From NCBI GenBank assembly GCA_036656615.1, contig JAVXHY010000010.1, positions 8,089-72,088 of the forward strand: a stretch of 64,000 nucleotides of DNA, given 5' to 3'. This document shows, one piece after another, positions 1 through 8,939 of this stretch. The notes below the pieces were generated by a model. The model searched no databases, was not told where the DNA came from, and saw nothing but the letters and a program-made list of their open reading frames with translations. Made by a program: the position numbers and the translations under genes. The stretch is from Lachnospiraceae bacterium. Lineage in GTDB: Bacteria > Bacillota > Clostridia > Lachnospirales > Lachnospiraceae. Positions within the stretch are counted from its first letter, which is position 1; every line of letters starts with the position of its first letter.

Positions 1-482
1 TTGTGTTTTCTTATATAATCTGCAAATATTTCAGCATCTTCCTTTGTCTGGATCACCGTAACCGGTGAGGTTGACCAGCCTTTTATACCTTCTACTTCGG
101 GATGAGTTTCATTTCCTATAATGATAATATGTCTTCCTTTTTCACTTTCTTTTTTTACAGCTAAATGTATCTTTTTTACAAAAGGGCAGGTTGCATCCAC
201 ATATGTTAATCCTTTTTGTTCTAAGATATCATAGATTTTTTTCGGTACTCCGTGGGAACGAATTATAATAATGCCATCAGTTAGTGCATATAGTTCTTTT
301 TCGTCATTTAATATATTCACGCCTTTGCTCCGCATATCTTTTATAACTTCTTCATTGTGAATAATTGGTCCAAAGGTGTATATCGGTTTTGCCTGATGCT
401 GTTCTACTTGTTGATATACTTTGTCTACCGCTCGTTTTACTCCAAAACAAAATCCAGCTGTTTTTGCAATTTTTATTTCCAT
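1..482 (-). CDS. ispH: 4-hydroxy-3-methylbut-2-enyl diphosphate reductase IspH, N-terminal part (runs off the window; may be the IspH-S1 fusion, which cannot be seen here)
   Basis: Not in the ORF track. Manual translation from ATG at 482 gives MEIKIAKTAGFCFGVKRAV...GPIIHNEEV...VIIRSHG...DATCPFVKKIH...IIGNETHPEV, the classic IspH motifs. Start overlaps the cmk stop. Confidence 0.93.
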   Translation of the reverse strand, partial: MEIKIAKTAGFCFGVKRAVDKVYQQVEQHQAKPIYTFGPIIHNEEVIKDMRSKGVNILNDEKELYALTDGIIIIRSHGVPKKIYDILEQKGLTYVDATCPFVKKIHLAVKKESEKGRHIIIIGNETHPEVEGIKGWSTSPVTVIQTKEDAEIFADYIRKH

Positions 483-1135
483 ACACAGGCTCCTAAAATG
501 ACAGCCGCCACTTCTTCAATATTCTTGTCAGAGGAATCAATGAGGATGGCGTCAGGCGCTTTCTTTAAAGGTGCAATGGCTCTGGTCTTATCCCGTAAAT
601 CTCGTTCCTCAATATCATGTTTGATTGCTTCTAATTTGCAGTCGACTCCTTTTTCAAGCAATTCTTTATACCGTCTACCAGCACGGGCTTCAATGCTGGC
701 AGTTAGAAAGATCTTTAAATTAGCATTTGGTAATATGGTAGTTCCAATATCACGTCCATCCATTACAACGTTATTGCTTCTTGCTAATTCTCTTTGTAAT
801 TCTAATAAATGATTTCTTACTTCAGGTATGGAAGAACATTTTGATGCCATAATCCCTACATTTTCCTGCCGTAAAGCTTCCGTAACATTGGTGTTGTTTA
901 AGTATACCTGTTGTAGATTATTTTCATAGACAATTGTAATTTTTGCATCTTTACATGCATTTACAATAGAGGGGTAATCTTCTTCTTTTATGTTGTGATT
1001 AATAAAATGCAGAGCCATTGCTCGGTACATGGCTCCCGTATCTACATATATATAACCTAATTTTTTTGCAACTTGCTTTGCAATGGTACTTTTTCCAGCG
1101 CTTGCAGGACCATCAATTGCAATATTGTATCCCAT
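473..1135 (-). CDS. cmk: Cytidylate kinase
   Basis: MGYNIAIDGPASAGKST P-loop, YVDTGAMYRA, VMDGRDIGT. Start moved to ATG 1135 (track starts at 1180). Confidence 0.96.
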   Translation of the reverse strand: MGYNIAIDGPASAGKSTIAKQVAKKLGYIYVDTGAMYRAMALHFINHNIKEEDYPSIVNACKDAKITIVYENNLQQVYLNNTNVTEALRQENVGIMASKCSSIPEVRNHLLELQRELARSNNVVMDGRDIGTTILPNANLKIFLTASIEARAGRRYKELLEKGVDCKLEAIKHDIEERDLRDKTRAIAPLKKAPDAILIDSSDKNIEEVAAVILGACVWK

Positions 1136-1137
1136 TT

Positions 1138-2376
1138 TTATCCTCCTATTTTTGTTCCAGCTGCATAAGCAGTAGACCATGCTATTTGTAAATTAAAGCC
1201 ACCTGTCAATGCATCTACATCTAAAACTTCACCAATAAAATAAAGGTTTTGCACTAATTTGGATTCCATGGTAGCTGGATTAATTTCTTTTGTTACAATA
1301 CCCCCTTTTGTAATAATTGCTTCGTTATAATCTCGTAGACCTGTAATGGTCATAGGAAAATTCTTAATCAATTGTACAAAAGACTGTCTTTCTTCTTTGG
1401 ATATTGCGGATATTTTTTTATTTGGATCTAGTCCGCTTAATTCTAACATGATAGGAATTAATTTAGTAGGAAATAATTTGTGAAGGGCATTTTTAAACTG
1501 TTTGTTATGATACTCTTCAAAATCTCGAATAATACGCTGATCTAATTGTTCCAATGATAATGCGGGTTTTAAATCAATTAACAGTTGAAGCTCTTTGCCT
1601 TTTTCACGAAGTGTGCTGGCAATATAGCTACTTGCACTTAGAATTAGAGGACCGGATACGCCATAGTGTGTAAATAGCATTTCTCCAAAGTCAGAATATA
1701 ATTGCTTTTTTTGGTCTAAGATTGTTGCGGTTATATTTCTTAGAGATAACCCCTGTAGTTCCTTTGCATAAGCTTCTTTGATAGACAATGGCACTAAGGA
1801 TGGGGAAAGTTTGGTGACATGGTGTCCCAATTCTTTTGCAAACCGATAACCATCACCAGTTGAACCGGTTGACTGATAAGAAAGCCCACCAGTTGCTACA
1901 ATACAAGCGTCTCCCATAACTGTAGTATGACTGTCTAATTCAAGATGGTGAAAGCAGCCTTCTTTTGCAACAATATGGGTTACGATACTGTTGTAATGTA
2001 TACAGACACCCAGTCGTTTCATTTCCCTTGTCATGGCTGTGATTACATCAGAAGAATGGTTGGAGGTTGGGAAAACACGGTTTCCGCGTTCCACCGTAGT
2101 CGCTACTCCTAATTCTTCAAAAAAATTTATTGCCATTTCATTTGAAAATCCATAAAAACTACTGTAAAGAAATTTAGAATTGCTCATTACAGAAGATAAG
2201 AGTACCTCCATATCACATGCATTGGTAATATTACATCTGCCTTTTCCTGTAATGAACAATTTCTTTCCAAGTTTTTCATTTTTTTCAAATATAGAAACCG
2301 TATGTCCATTTCTAGCGGCAAATATAGATGCCAGCATGCCAGCAGCTCCACCACCAACAATTAATATATTGCTCAT
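1138..2376 (-). CDS. HI0933/BaiN-family NAD(P)/FAD-dependent oxidoreductase
   Basis: GGGAAGM FAD motif, GKKLFITGKGRCNITN, ATGGLSY..TGSTGDGY, GGFNLQIAWSTA. Confidence 0.9.
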   Translation of the reverse strand: MSNILIVGGGAAGMLASIFAARNGHTVSIFEKNEKLGKKLFITGKGRCNITNACDMEVLLSSVMSNSKFLYSSFYGFSNEMAINFFEELGVATTVERGNRVFPTSNHSSDVITAMTREMKRLGVCIHYNSIVTHIVAKEGCFHHLELDSHTTVMGDACIVATGGLSYQSTGSTGDGYRFAKELGHHVTKLSPSLVPLSIKEAYAKELQGLSLRNITATILDQKKQLYSDFGEMLFTHYGVSGPLILSASSYIASTLREKGKELQLLIDLKPALSLEQLDQRIIRDFEEYHNKQFKNALHKLFPTKLIPIMLELSGLDPNKKISAISKEERQSFVQLIKNFPMTITGLRDYNEAIITKGGIVTKEINPATMESKLVQNLYFIGEVLDVDALTGGFNLQIAWSTAYAAGTKIGG

Positions 2377-3317
2377 TTTATATCCTCTTTGTTTTCTTTT
2401 TCTTCTTGTTTTTTAAAACTCATGGCAATCTTATCATTAACTTGGTTTAATTCATCACCACTATATACTTGATATTCATCCCATATCTGTTCTAATGTCT
2501 CAAAGGTTGAAATAACTTCGCTCTGCTTTTGCATGCAAAGTGCAACTACCAGGGCATTTACCACGCTTAAAGGTGCCACCAAAGAGTCTACAATGGATGC
2601 CATATCACTTCTGGCTATCAGATTGCAGGAAGAGTATAAATTAATTGGAGAATGTACACTGTCGGTTAGGGTGATGATTTTTGCCTGCCTAGTATTAGCA
2701 AATTCTAATGCTTTTAGGGTTCGCATGGAATAGCGGGGAAAGCTTATGCCTATAATTACATCATCTTTATTAATTCGAATCAGTTGCTCAAATATTTCGC
2801 TAGAACTATTTGTATGAACTGCACAGGTATTATCAAAAATAAGATTTAAATAAAAACTTAGAAAGCTAGCCAAAGGTGCACAGCTTCGAAGACCTACTAC
2901 ATAGATTCGCTTCGCTTCTACAATGGTTTTGACAGCAGATTCAAAAGCATCTTGATCTAGAGTTGCAAGGGTCAGCTTGATTTTTTCAATATCAGATTGC
3001 AGAACTGAGGTCAGTATTTCTGACTGGCTAATACGTCCGTAGGTCACTTCCATGCGCTGAATGGAATTCAAACGATTGCGGACAAGTTCTTCTAATGCCC
3101 TTTGAAAGCCTGGATAGCCTTTGTATCCAAGCTGAGTTGCAAATCTAACTACAGTGGATTCACTTACGCCTACTGTCTTGCCTAATTTTGCAGCTGTTAA
3201 AAAAACGGCTTTATCATAATTATCAACAATATAATTCGCTAAAAGCTTCTGACCTTTGCTGCATTCATCATATTTTTCATTAATTTTGCTCAACAATTCA
3301 TTTGAGTTATTTTTCAC
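2373..3317 (-). CDS. MurR/RpiR-family transcriptional regulator (HTH + SIS)
   Basis: SKGQKLLANYI...GVSESTVVRFATQLGYKGY; SIS domain GISFPRYS. GTG start at 3317 follows a GGAGG RBS. ATGA overlap with the next gene. Confidence 0.9.
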   Translation of the reverse strand: MKNNSNELLSKINEKYDECSKGQKLLANYIVDNYDKAVFLTAAKLGKTVGVSESTVVRFATQLGYKGYPGFQRALEELVRNRLNSIQRMEVTYGRISQSEILTSVLQSDIEKIKLTLATLDQDAFESAVKTIVEAKRIYVVGLRSCAPLASFLSFYLNLIFDNTCAVHTNSSSEIFEQLIRINKDDVIIGISFPRYSMRTLKALEFANTRQAKIITLTDSVHSPINLYSSCNLIARSDMASIVDSLVAPLSVVNALVVALCMQKQSEVISTFETLEQIWDEYQVYSGDELNQVNDKIAMSFKKQEEKENKEDIK

Positions 3318-3358
3318 AGTACGCCTCCACAATCTTATCTTTCGTTTCACACTTGCTT

Positions 3359-3387
3359 ATTATACACGACATGGATTGGCAATTCAA
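3359..3387 (-). promoter_or_regulatory. sigma-A-type promoter for rpiR-HI0933-cmk-ispH
   Basis: Minus strand TTGAAT-N17-TATAAT. Confidence 0.65.
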
Positions 3388-3397
3388 GCAGTTAGTT

Positions 3398-4810
3398 TTA
3401 TACAGGATATGCACCATCTTTTAAATCAGCAACGGTGTGATCAACTTTTCTTTGCTGTGCTTGGCGATACTGGAAGAAATCAGTTGCTACCTGTGGAAAC
3501 AAAGCATAGGATAAAACATCTTCATCCTGCTGCTTCCATTGGGCCATCTCTGCTTCTAGTGTTTCTAATTCATCAGGAAGTGTATCTGCAAAACGGCAGG
3601 TAATAGGTTCTAAGTCACCAATGCATTTCTTTTGTACTTCTTCATTAAAAGGCTTAACGGTTTTGCCATATTTACCACTTAATACATCTTTGGTTTCTTT
3701 GGTGGCCATCTGATATCGTTCTCCCATTAATACATTGAATACTGCTTGTGTTCCAATAATTTGTGATGATGGGGTTACCAGTGGAGGTTCCCCAAGATCT
3801 TGGCGCACCTTGGGAATTTCCTTCAATACATCATAATAACGATCTTCCGCATTCTGTTCCTTAAGCTGTGAGGTAAGGTTAGATAACATGCCTCCAGGAA
3901 CCTGATAGAGAAGCGTTTTAATATCTACACCTAGATTTTTTGGATTTAATAGTCCAGTTTTCAATGCATCTTCTTTGATTGGACGGAAATAATCGGCAAT
4001 TTCTGCCAGTAAATTCTGGTCAAATCCAGTATCATAAGGGGTGTCTCGGAAAGTTTCTACCATCACCTCTGTTGCTGGCTGAGAAGTGCCCAGTGCAAAA
4101 GGGGATATGGCTGTGTCAATCGTGTCCACTCCAGCTTCTACTGCTTTTAAATAAGTCATAGAAGCCACACCTGAGGTATAGTGGGTATGAAGCTGAATCG
4201 GAATATGAATGGCTTCTTTCATAGCATGAATCAGTTCGGTTGCTTTATATGGCATTAAGAGACCAGCCATATCTTTGATACAGAGGGATGTGGCACCCAT
4301 GTCTTCAATTCTTTTAGCAATATCAATCCAATATTCCAAAGTATAAGCATCTCCAATAGTGTAAGAAAGTGCTACTTGAGCATCTGCATCTTCTTTAATG
4401 GTTGCAGTCACTGCAGTCTGGAGATTGCGCAAGTCATTAAAACAATCAAAAATACGAATAATATCAATTCCATTTGCTACGGATTTTTGTACGAAATACT
4501 CTACAACATCATCAGCATAAGGACGATATCCCAGTATATTTTGTCCTCGAAACAGCATCTGAAGCTTGGTCTTTTTAAATCCTGCACGGAATTTGCGAAG
4601 TCGATCCCAAGGGTCTTCCTTTAAGAATCGTAAGGATGCATCGAAGGTTGCTCCACCCCAGCACTCTACAGAATGATACCCAACTTGATCCATTTTCTCT
4701 ATAATTGGCAGCATTTGTTCCGTTGTCATACGTGTAGCAATTAGAGATTGATGGGCATCACGTAAAATGGTTTCTGTTATTTGTATTGGTTTTTTTTCTT
4801 GTTCTATCAT
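3398..4810 (-). CDS. oadA: Oxaloacetate decarboxylase alpha / pyruvate carboxylase subunit B type carboxyltransferase, without a biotinyl domain
   Basis: ETILRDAHQSLIATRM, ECWGGATFDA, IKDMAG, HTHYTSG, YQVPGGMLSNL, PPLVTPSSQI; no MKM motif. Start set at ATG 4810 (alternative 4816) after GGAGGA. Confidence 0.9.
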   Translation of the reverse strand: MIEQEKKPIQITETILRDAHQSLIATRMTTEQMLPIIEKMDQVGYHSVECWGGATFDASLRFLKEDPWDRLRKFRAGFKKTKLQMLFRGQNILGYRPYADDVVEYFVQKSVANGIDIIRIFDCFNDLRNLQTAVTATIKEDADAQVALSYTIGDAYTLEYWIDIAKRIEDMGATSLCIKDMAGLLMPYKATELIHAMKEAIHIPIQLHTHYTSGVASMTYLKAVEAGVDTIDTAISPFALGTSQPATEVMVETFRDTPYDTGFDQNLLAEIADYFRPIKEDALKTGLLNPKNLGVDIKTLLYQVPGGMLSNLTSQLKEQNAEDRYYDVLKEIPKVRQDLGEPPLVTPSSQIIGTQAVFNVLMGERYQMATKETKDVLSGKYGKTVKPFNEEVQKKCIGDLEPITCRFADTLPDELETLEAEMAQWKQQDEDVLSYALFPQVATDFFQYRQAQQRKVDHTVADLKDGAYPV

Positions 4811-4826
4811 AGTCATTCCTCCTAGT

Positions 4827-5975
4827 TTATACACCAAAAATAGCCATAAATGCACCAGCAGCTACTGCGGTGCCAATGACTCCTGCAACATTAGGTCCCA
4901 TGGCATGCATGAGTAGAAAATTGGTAGGGTCTGCTTCAGCTCCAACTTTCTGTGATACTCTTGCTGCCATTGGAACAGCAGAGACTCCGGCTGATCCAAT
5001 CAGTGGATTTACCTTGCCACCAGTAAACAGACACATCAGTTTTCCAAATAATACACCACCGGCAGTGCCAAAGCAAAAGGCTAAGAGTCCAAGCCCCACA
5101 ATTTTTATGGTGTTTAGATTCAGAAATGCTTCTGCACTTGTGGTTGCGCCAACTGATGTTCCGAGCAGGATCACAACAATATACATCAGTGCGTTAGAGG
5201 CGGTTTCTGTTAACTGCCTAACCACACCGGATTCTTTAAATAAGTTGCCCAGCATCAGCATTCCAACAAGAGGTGCAGTAGACGGTAAAATAGTACAGAC
5301 TACAATGGTTACAACAATTGGAAATAGAACACGTTCTAGATGAGATACAGGTCGTAATTGTTCCATCTTAATCATTCGTTCTTTTTTAGTAGTCAAAAGC
5401 TTCATGATAGGTGGCTGTATAATAGGAACCAAGGACATATAAGAATATGCGGCCACAGCAATGGGACCTAATAGGGAAGCTTGTTCTAATTTTCCAGCAA
5501 GATAAATAGAAGTAGGACCATCGGCACCTCCTATAATAGATATTGCTGCCGCTGCCTTGTCACTAAATCCTAATGCCATTGCTCCTAGATATGCAGCAAA
5601 GATCCCTAATTGTGCGGCTGCTCCCAATAAAAAACTTTTGGGATTTGCAATTAATGGCCCAAAATCTGTCATAGCACCAACGCCCATGAAAATAAGAGAT
5701 GGCAAGATTGCCCATTCATCTAACAAATAGAAGTAATGCAGTAAGCCACCTACACCATTACTAGATTCCTTTATAGTCATCATAATATCTGGATAAATAT
5801 TAACTAATAACATACCAAATGCAATTGGAATTAATAAAAGGGGTTCAAACCCTTTTTTTATCGCTAAATATAGGAAAAAACATGCTACAGCAATCATAAT
5901 ATAGTTTCCTACAGTAAGATTAAAAAAAGCCGTTTGATGCACGAGGTTTCCTAATGTGTTTATAATATATTCCAT
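4827..5975 (-). CDS. oadB: Na+-translocating carboxybiotin decarboxylase beta subunit
   Basis: Very hydrophobic; GAMTDFGPL, IIGGADGPTSIY, AAYSYMSLVPIIQPP, GSAGVSAVPMAARV, LMHAMGPNVAGVIG. Confidence 0.93.
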   Translation of the reverse strand: MEYIINTLGNLVHQTAFFNLTVGNYIMIAVACFFLYLAIKKGFEPLLLIPIAFGMLLVNIYPDIMMTIKESSNGVGGLLHYFYLLDEWAILPSLIFMGVGAMTDFGPLIANPKSFLLGAAAQLGIFAAYLGAMALGFSDKAAAAISIIGGADGPTSIYLAGKLEQASLLGPIAVAAYSYMSLVPIIQPPIMKLLTTKKERMIKMEQLRPVSHLERVLFPIVVTIVVCTILPSTAPLVGMLMLGNLFKESGVVRQLTETASNALMYIVVILLGTSVGATTSAEAFLNLNTIKIVGLGLLAFCFGTAGGVLFGKLMCLFTGGKVNPLIGSAGVSAVPMAARVSQKVGAEADPTNFLLMHAMGPNVAGVIGTAVAAGAFMAIFGV

Positions 5976-5995
5976 TTTTAACCTCCATTATAATT

Positions 5996-6364
5996 CTAGT
6001 TTAATGTAGCTAATAAATGTCCTGCCTCAACGTTATCCCCTACCGCTACATGGATACTTGCTACAGTGCCATCTGATGATGCTACAACTGGGATTTCCAT
6101 TTTCATAGCTTCTAAGATGGCAATAGCTTCTCCTTTTTTTACACGCTGCCCTATTTTTACTTCTAACTTAAATATTTTACCGGCAGCACCTGTTTCTACA
6201 CGAATACGTCCTGTATTTTCATCTGAAACTTGGGATGCTGTATCCTTTGGTACTGGCATATTCACAGGGGCTGCTTGTGGAATATCTGTTTGTATTTCAT
6301 CATTTTTTTCTTCTACGGTTACATCATATGTGATTCCATTTACTGTAATTGCATATTTTTTCAT
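5996..6364 (-). CDS. Stand-alone biotin carboxyl carrier protein
   Basis: EAMKMEIPV biotinylation motif; N-terminal MKKYAITVNGITYDVTVEE and a Pro/Ala linker. Confidence 0.92.
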   Translation of the reverse strand: MKKYAITVNGITYDVTVEEKNDEIQTDIPQAAPVNMPVPKDTASQVSDENTGRIRVETGAAGKIFKLEVKIGQRVKKGEAIAILEAMKMEIPVVASSDGTVASIHVAVGDNVEAGHLLATLN

Positions 6365-6387
6365 TTTAGTCTCCTCCTAATGAATAA

Positions 6388-7149
6388 TTATTTCCATTTA
6401 TTTGATGGTCTGCGCTTGATGGAACGAATCACGATTTTATCTTGTGAGGTTTTGCTTTCTGCTGCAATTGCCGCGGTTATAACGGCTATAAGTTCCAATT
6501 CCATTTCAGGTACTTCTTGAATATTAGCAGAAGGAATATCTTCTACTATAGGTTTTGAGTTGGACTTATTGTGGAATTTTGCTTCTATATCAGGGATGAA
6601 CTTAAATAGGGATATAATAATTGAAATAAATATCAATACAGCAAAAACGGTTCCCATGCCAATTACTGTATTCATTCCCGCTTTTTTAAGAATTTCTTCG
6701 GTGGAATATTTGGGATCAATGGTCAGTGATTTTATATTTTGCTGATTATCAAATATAAAGGTTATAACAGCATCACGTTTTTTGAAAACAGCATTTGTTT
6801 TTAAAATTATTTCTTGATTTGTCTTTTGTATTTTATAACCATCATTTTCTACATAAGTACCGCATTCTTTTGTAGCAGCCTTCCAAGCTTTCATCATACT
6901 TACAAAAGAAGTTTGTTCCACAGGAAGTCCTGTTTGCATTAAAGTAAGATTAATTTCTAATTCTGATCCATCCATAAAGTGTTGAAAATCTTTCTGATTC
7001 ATTTGCGTAAAGCTTCCAATTATGATCTCGGAAATTTGCTCTAAGGAAGAGGAATCATAAGTATTTTTGATATTTTCCTTGTTTTCGCAGCCAGTAAAGC
7101 TTAGTGCGAATACAAGAATCACTATTATTAAACTTATTTTTTTATTCAC
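6388..7149 (-). CDS. OadG-family (gamma/delta) anchor subunit with an N-terminal lipoprotein-type extracellular domain
   Basis: Signal peptide ending FTGC; C-terminal GMGTVFAVLIFISIII TM helix and ELIAVITAAIAA...IVIRSIKR tail typical of OadG/MmdD. GTG start after GAGGTG. Confidence 0.8.
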   Translation of the reverse strand: MNKKISLIIVILVFALSFTGCENKENIKNTYDSSSLEQISEIIIGSFTQMNQKDFQHFMDGSELEINLTLMQTGLPVEQTSFVSMMKAWKAATKECGTYVENDGYKIQKTNQEIILKTNAVFKKRDAVITFIFDNQQNIKSLTIDPKYSTEEILKKAGMNTVIGMGTVFAVLIFISIIISLFKFIPDIEAKFHNKSNSKPIVEDIPSANIQEVPEMELELIAVITAAIAAESKTSQDKIVIRSIKRRPSNKWK

Positions 7150-7163
7150 GTTGCTTCACCTCG

Positions 7164-8603
7164 TTAAATCGATCCGTGTTTTTTTGCTGGACGATCCTCT
7201 CTTTTTGTGAATAGCATTTCAAATGCACCTATTAAATATTTTCGGGTATCTGCTGGAACAATAACACTATCCACATAACCTCTTCTTGCCGCCGCATCTG
7301 GACTTGACTGTAATACTTCATATTCTTTCGCTTTTTCTTCTATTACAGAAAAGGAACTGTCTGCATACATGATTTTTGCAGCTAGCATGGAATCCATCAT
7401 ACCAATTTCGGAAGTTGGCCATGCATAGACCATGTCTGCACCAATGGCTTTGCTATTCATTGCTAAATAAGCGCTTCCATAAGCTTTTCCAATAATAAGG
7501 TTTACTTTTGGTACCGTTGCATTTGAAAAGGAATAAGTTAAGGCGGCCGCATCCTTTGCAATGTTTTTCTCGGTATTTTTGGTTGCCTTATATCCATTTA
7601 CATTTGTAAGCGAAAGTATTGGAATGCTGAACGCATCGCAGAAATTAACAAAACGAGATGCTTTTTTACATCCTTCTATACTAAGAGACCCATCAAATGT
7701 TTCTATTACTTCTGCTTCTTCATCATATATTTTAGTCCGATTTGCTACTGCACCAATAGTCATTCCATTTAGTCGTATAAAACCGGTTACCATATCTTTC
7801 GCAAAGTTCTTTTTTGTTTCTATAAATATATGATTATCGGAAATGATTCCAAGAACGATAGATGGATCATCAAATACAACTCCGGCTCTTTCGCAGGAAC
7901 GATTTAAATCATCAGTACATTCATCATAGGAGTGATCATCTTCATTATTGGCAGGCAGGATGGAAATAAAAGATCGAATTTGTTGGATGATTTCTTCTTC
8001 TGAACCAATTCCATCTACTAAACCAGATTCCTTACTTTGGAAAATAGCGGAAGATGTATTACATTTTGTAATATCATTTCCTTTTATAGAATTTGGCGAA
8101 TTTACAAATAGTTTGCCTTTTGAGGATTCCATAAAAGTAAAGTCGTTCATAGCTAAGGTTAAAGCAAGACCACCGCCACAGGTGCCGAATACCCCACTAA
8201 TTTGTGGAATTACTCCAGAGGCCAATGTCTGCTTTCTATATAAATCACCAAAACTATGGAGAGCATCGGTAGATTCTTGGAGCCGGATACCTGCTGAATC
8301 TAAAAGACCAATTATTGGGGCACCCATTTTCATTGCTAAATCATAAATATGAATAATTTTTTTCATATGCATTTCTCCAACAGCCCCTTGTAATACAGAC
8401 GAATCTTGGCTATATACATATACAAGATTCCCTTCAATTACTCCATATCCTGTAATTACACCATCTCTTGGAGTTTCTTTCTCTGTCATATTGAAATCTG
8501 TTGTTCTTGCAGTAATTCCAGCACCAATTTCAACAAAACTTCCACGATCAAGCAATGCATTAATTCTCATGCTGGCCGAATTTTTAGTTGTTTTGTTACT
8601 CAT
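7164..8603 (-). CDS. Acyl-CoA carboxyltransferase (MmdA/PccB/transcarboxylase 12S-like)
   Basis: RINALLDRGSFVEIG, DGVITGYG, FVNFCDAFSIPIL, GKAYGSAY, AWPTSEIGMM, AARRGYVDSVI, KKHGSI C-terminus. Start moved to ATG 8603 after GGAGG. Confidence 0.88.
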   Translation of the reverse strand: MSNKTTKNSASMRINALLDRGSFVEIGAGITARTTDFNMTEKETPRDGVITGYGVIEGNLVYVYSQDSSVLQGAVGEMHMKKIIHIYDLAMKMGAPIIGLLDSAGIRLQESTDALHSFGDLYRKQTLASGVIPQISGVFGTCGGGLALTLAMNDFTFMESSKGKLFVNSPNSIKGNDITKCNTSSAIFQSKESGLVDGIGSEEEIIQQIRSFISILPANNEDDHSYDECTDDLNRSCERAGVVFDDPSIVLGIISDNHIFIETKKNFAKDMVTGFIRLNGMTIGAVANRTKIYDEEAEVIETFDGSLSIEGCKKASRFVNFCDAFSIPILSLTNVNGYKATKNTEKNIAKDAAALTYSFSNATVPKVNLIIGKAYGSAYLAMNSKAIGADMVYAWPTSEIGMMDSMLAAKIMYADSSFSVIEEKAKEYEVLQSSPDAAARRGYVDSVIVPADTRKYLIGAFEMLFTKREDRPAKKHGSI

Positions 8604-8667
8604 ATAATCTAGACCTCCACTTCCTATATTTATTAAAATAATACATGAAAAAAATTCTATCACTTTC

Positions 8668-8696
8668 ATTGTACTTTCTTTTAAACAATAATTCAA
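8668..8696 (-). promoter_or_regulatory. Putative sigma-A promoter of the decarboxylase operon
   Basis: Minus strand TTGAAT-N17-TACAAT. Confidence 0.45.
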
Positions 8697-8710
8697 CTAT
8701 TTTGAAAAAA

Positions 8711-8728
8711 CTGTTAAATAATTAACGT
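8711..8728. promoter_or_regulatory. Candidate Rex (NADH/NAD+ sensor) operator
   Basis: CTGTTAA-ATAA-TTAACGT versus the clostridial Rex consensus TTGTTAANNNNTTAACAA (11 of 14 defined positions; core GTTAA-N4-TTAAC perfect). Confidence 0.45.
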
Positions 8729-8861
8729 CGTATGGTAACGTGCTCTCACATTACCGTGATAATATACAAAATCGTTATGTGTGCATACAACATACATTTG
8801 TTCGTCCCTTAAAATTTTAGTAACTTTTTATTAAATTTTTCAATATATTCTTAAGTTTTTA

Positions 8862-8891
8862 TTGTCAATAGACTGCGTTCTATGATACAAT
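8862..8891 (+). promoter_or_regulatory. Putative sigma-A promoter of the aminopeptidase P/POT operon
   Basis: TTGTCA-N18-TACAAT with an extended -10 TGn. Confidence 0.45.
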
Positions 8892-8939
8892 CCCAAATGC
8901 AGGGATAAATAATTTATATGTCAAAAGGAGGATTTTCAA

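Noticed and set aside
357-812. 151-aa plus-strand ORF
   Set aside because: Antisense to cmk and ispH, with no RBS or recognisable motifs.
4870-5343. 157-aa plus-strand ORF
   Set aside because: Antisense shadow of oadB; its composition (P/T/A/S-rich) is what the reverse frame of a hydrophobic gene gives.
7164-8696. Extended N-termini in the ORF track (for example 8696, 4855, 18710, 20615, 25818, 54617, 57008, 61300, 61450)
   Set aside because: Downstream starts have proper SD sequences and match family N-termini; the extensions run through promoters, terminators or upstream genes.
8800-8860. CodY-box-like AT-rich stretches upstream of the peptidase operon
   Set aside because: Best matches to AATTTTCWGAAAATT have five or more mismatches in very AT-rich DNA.
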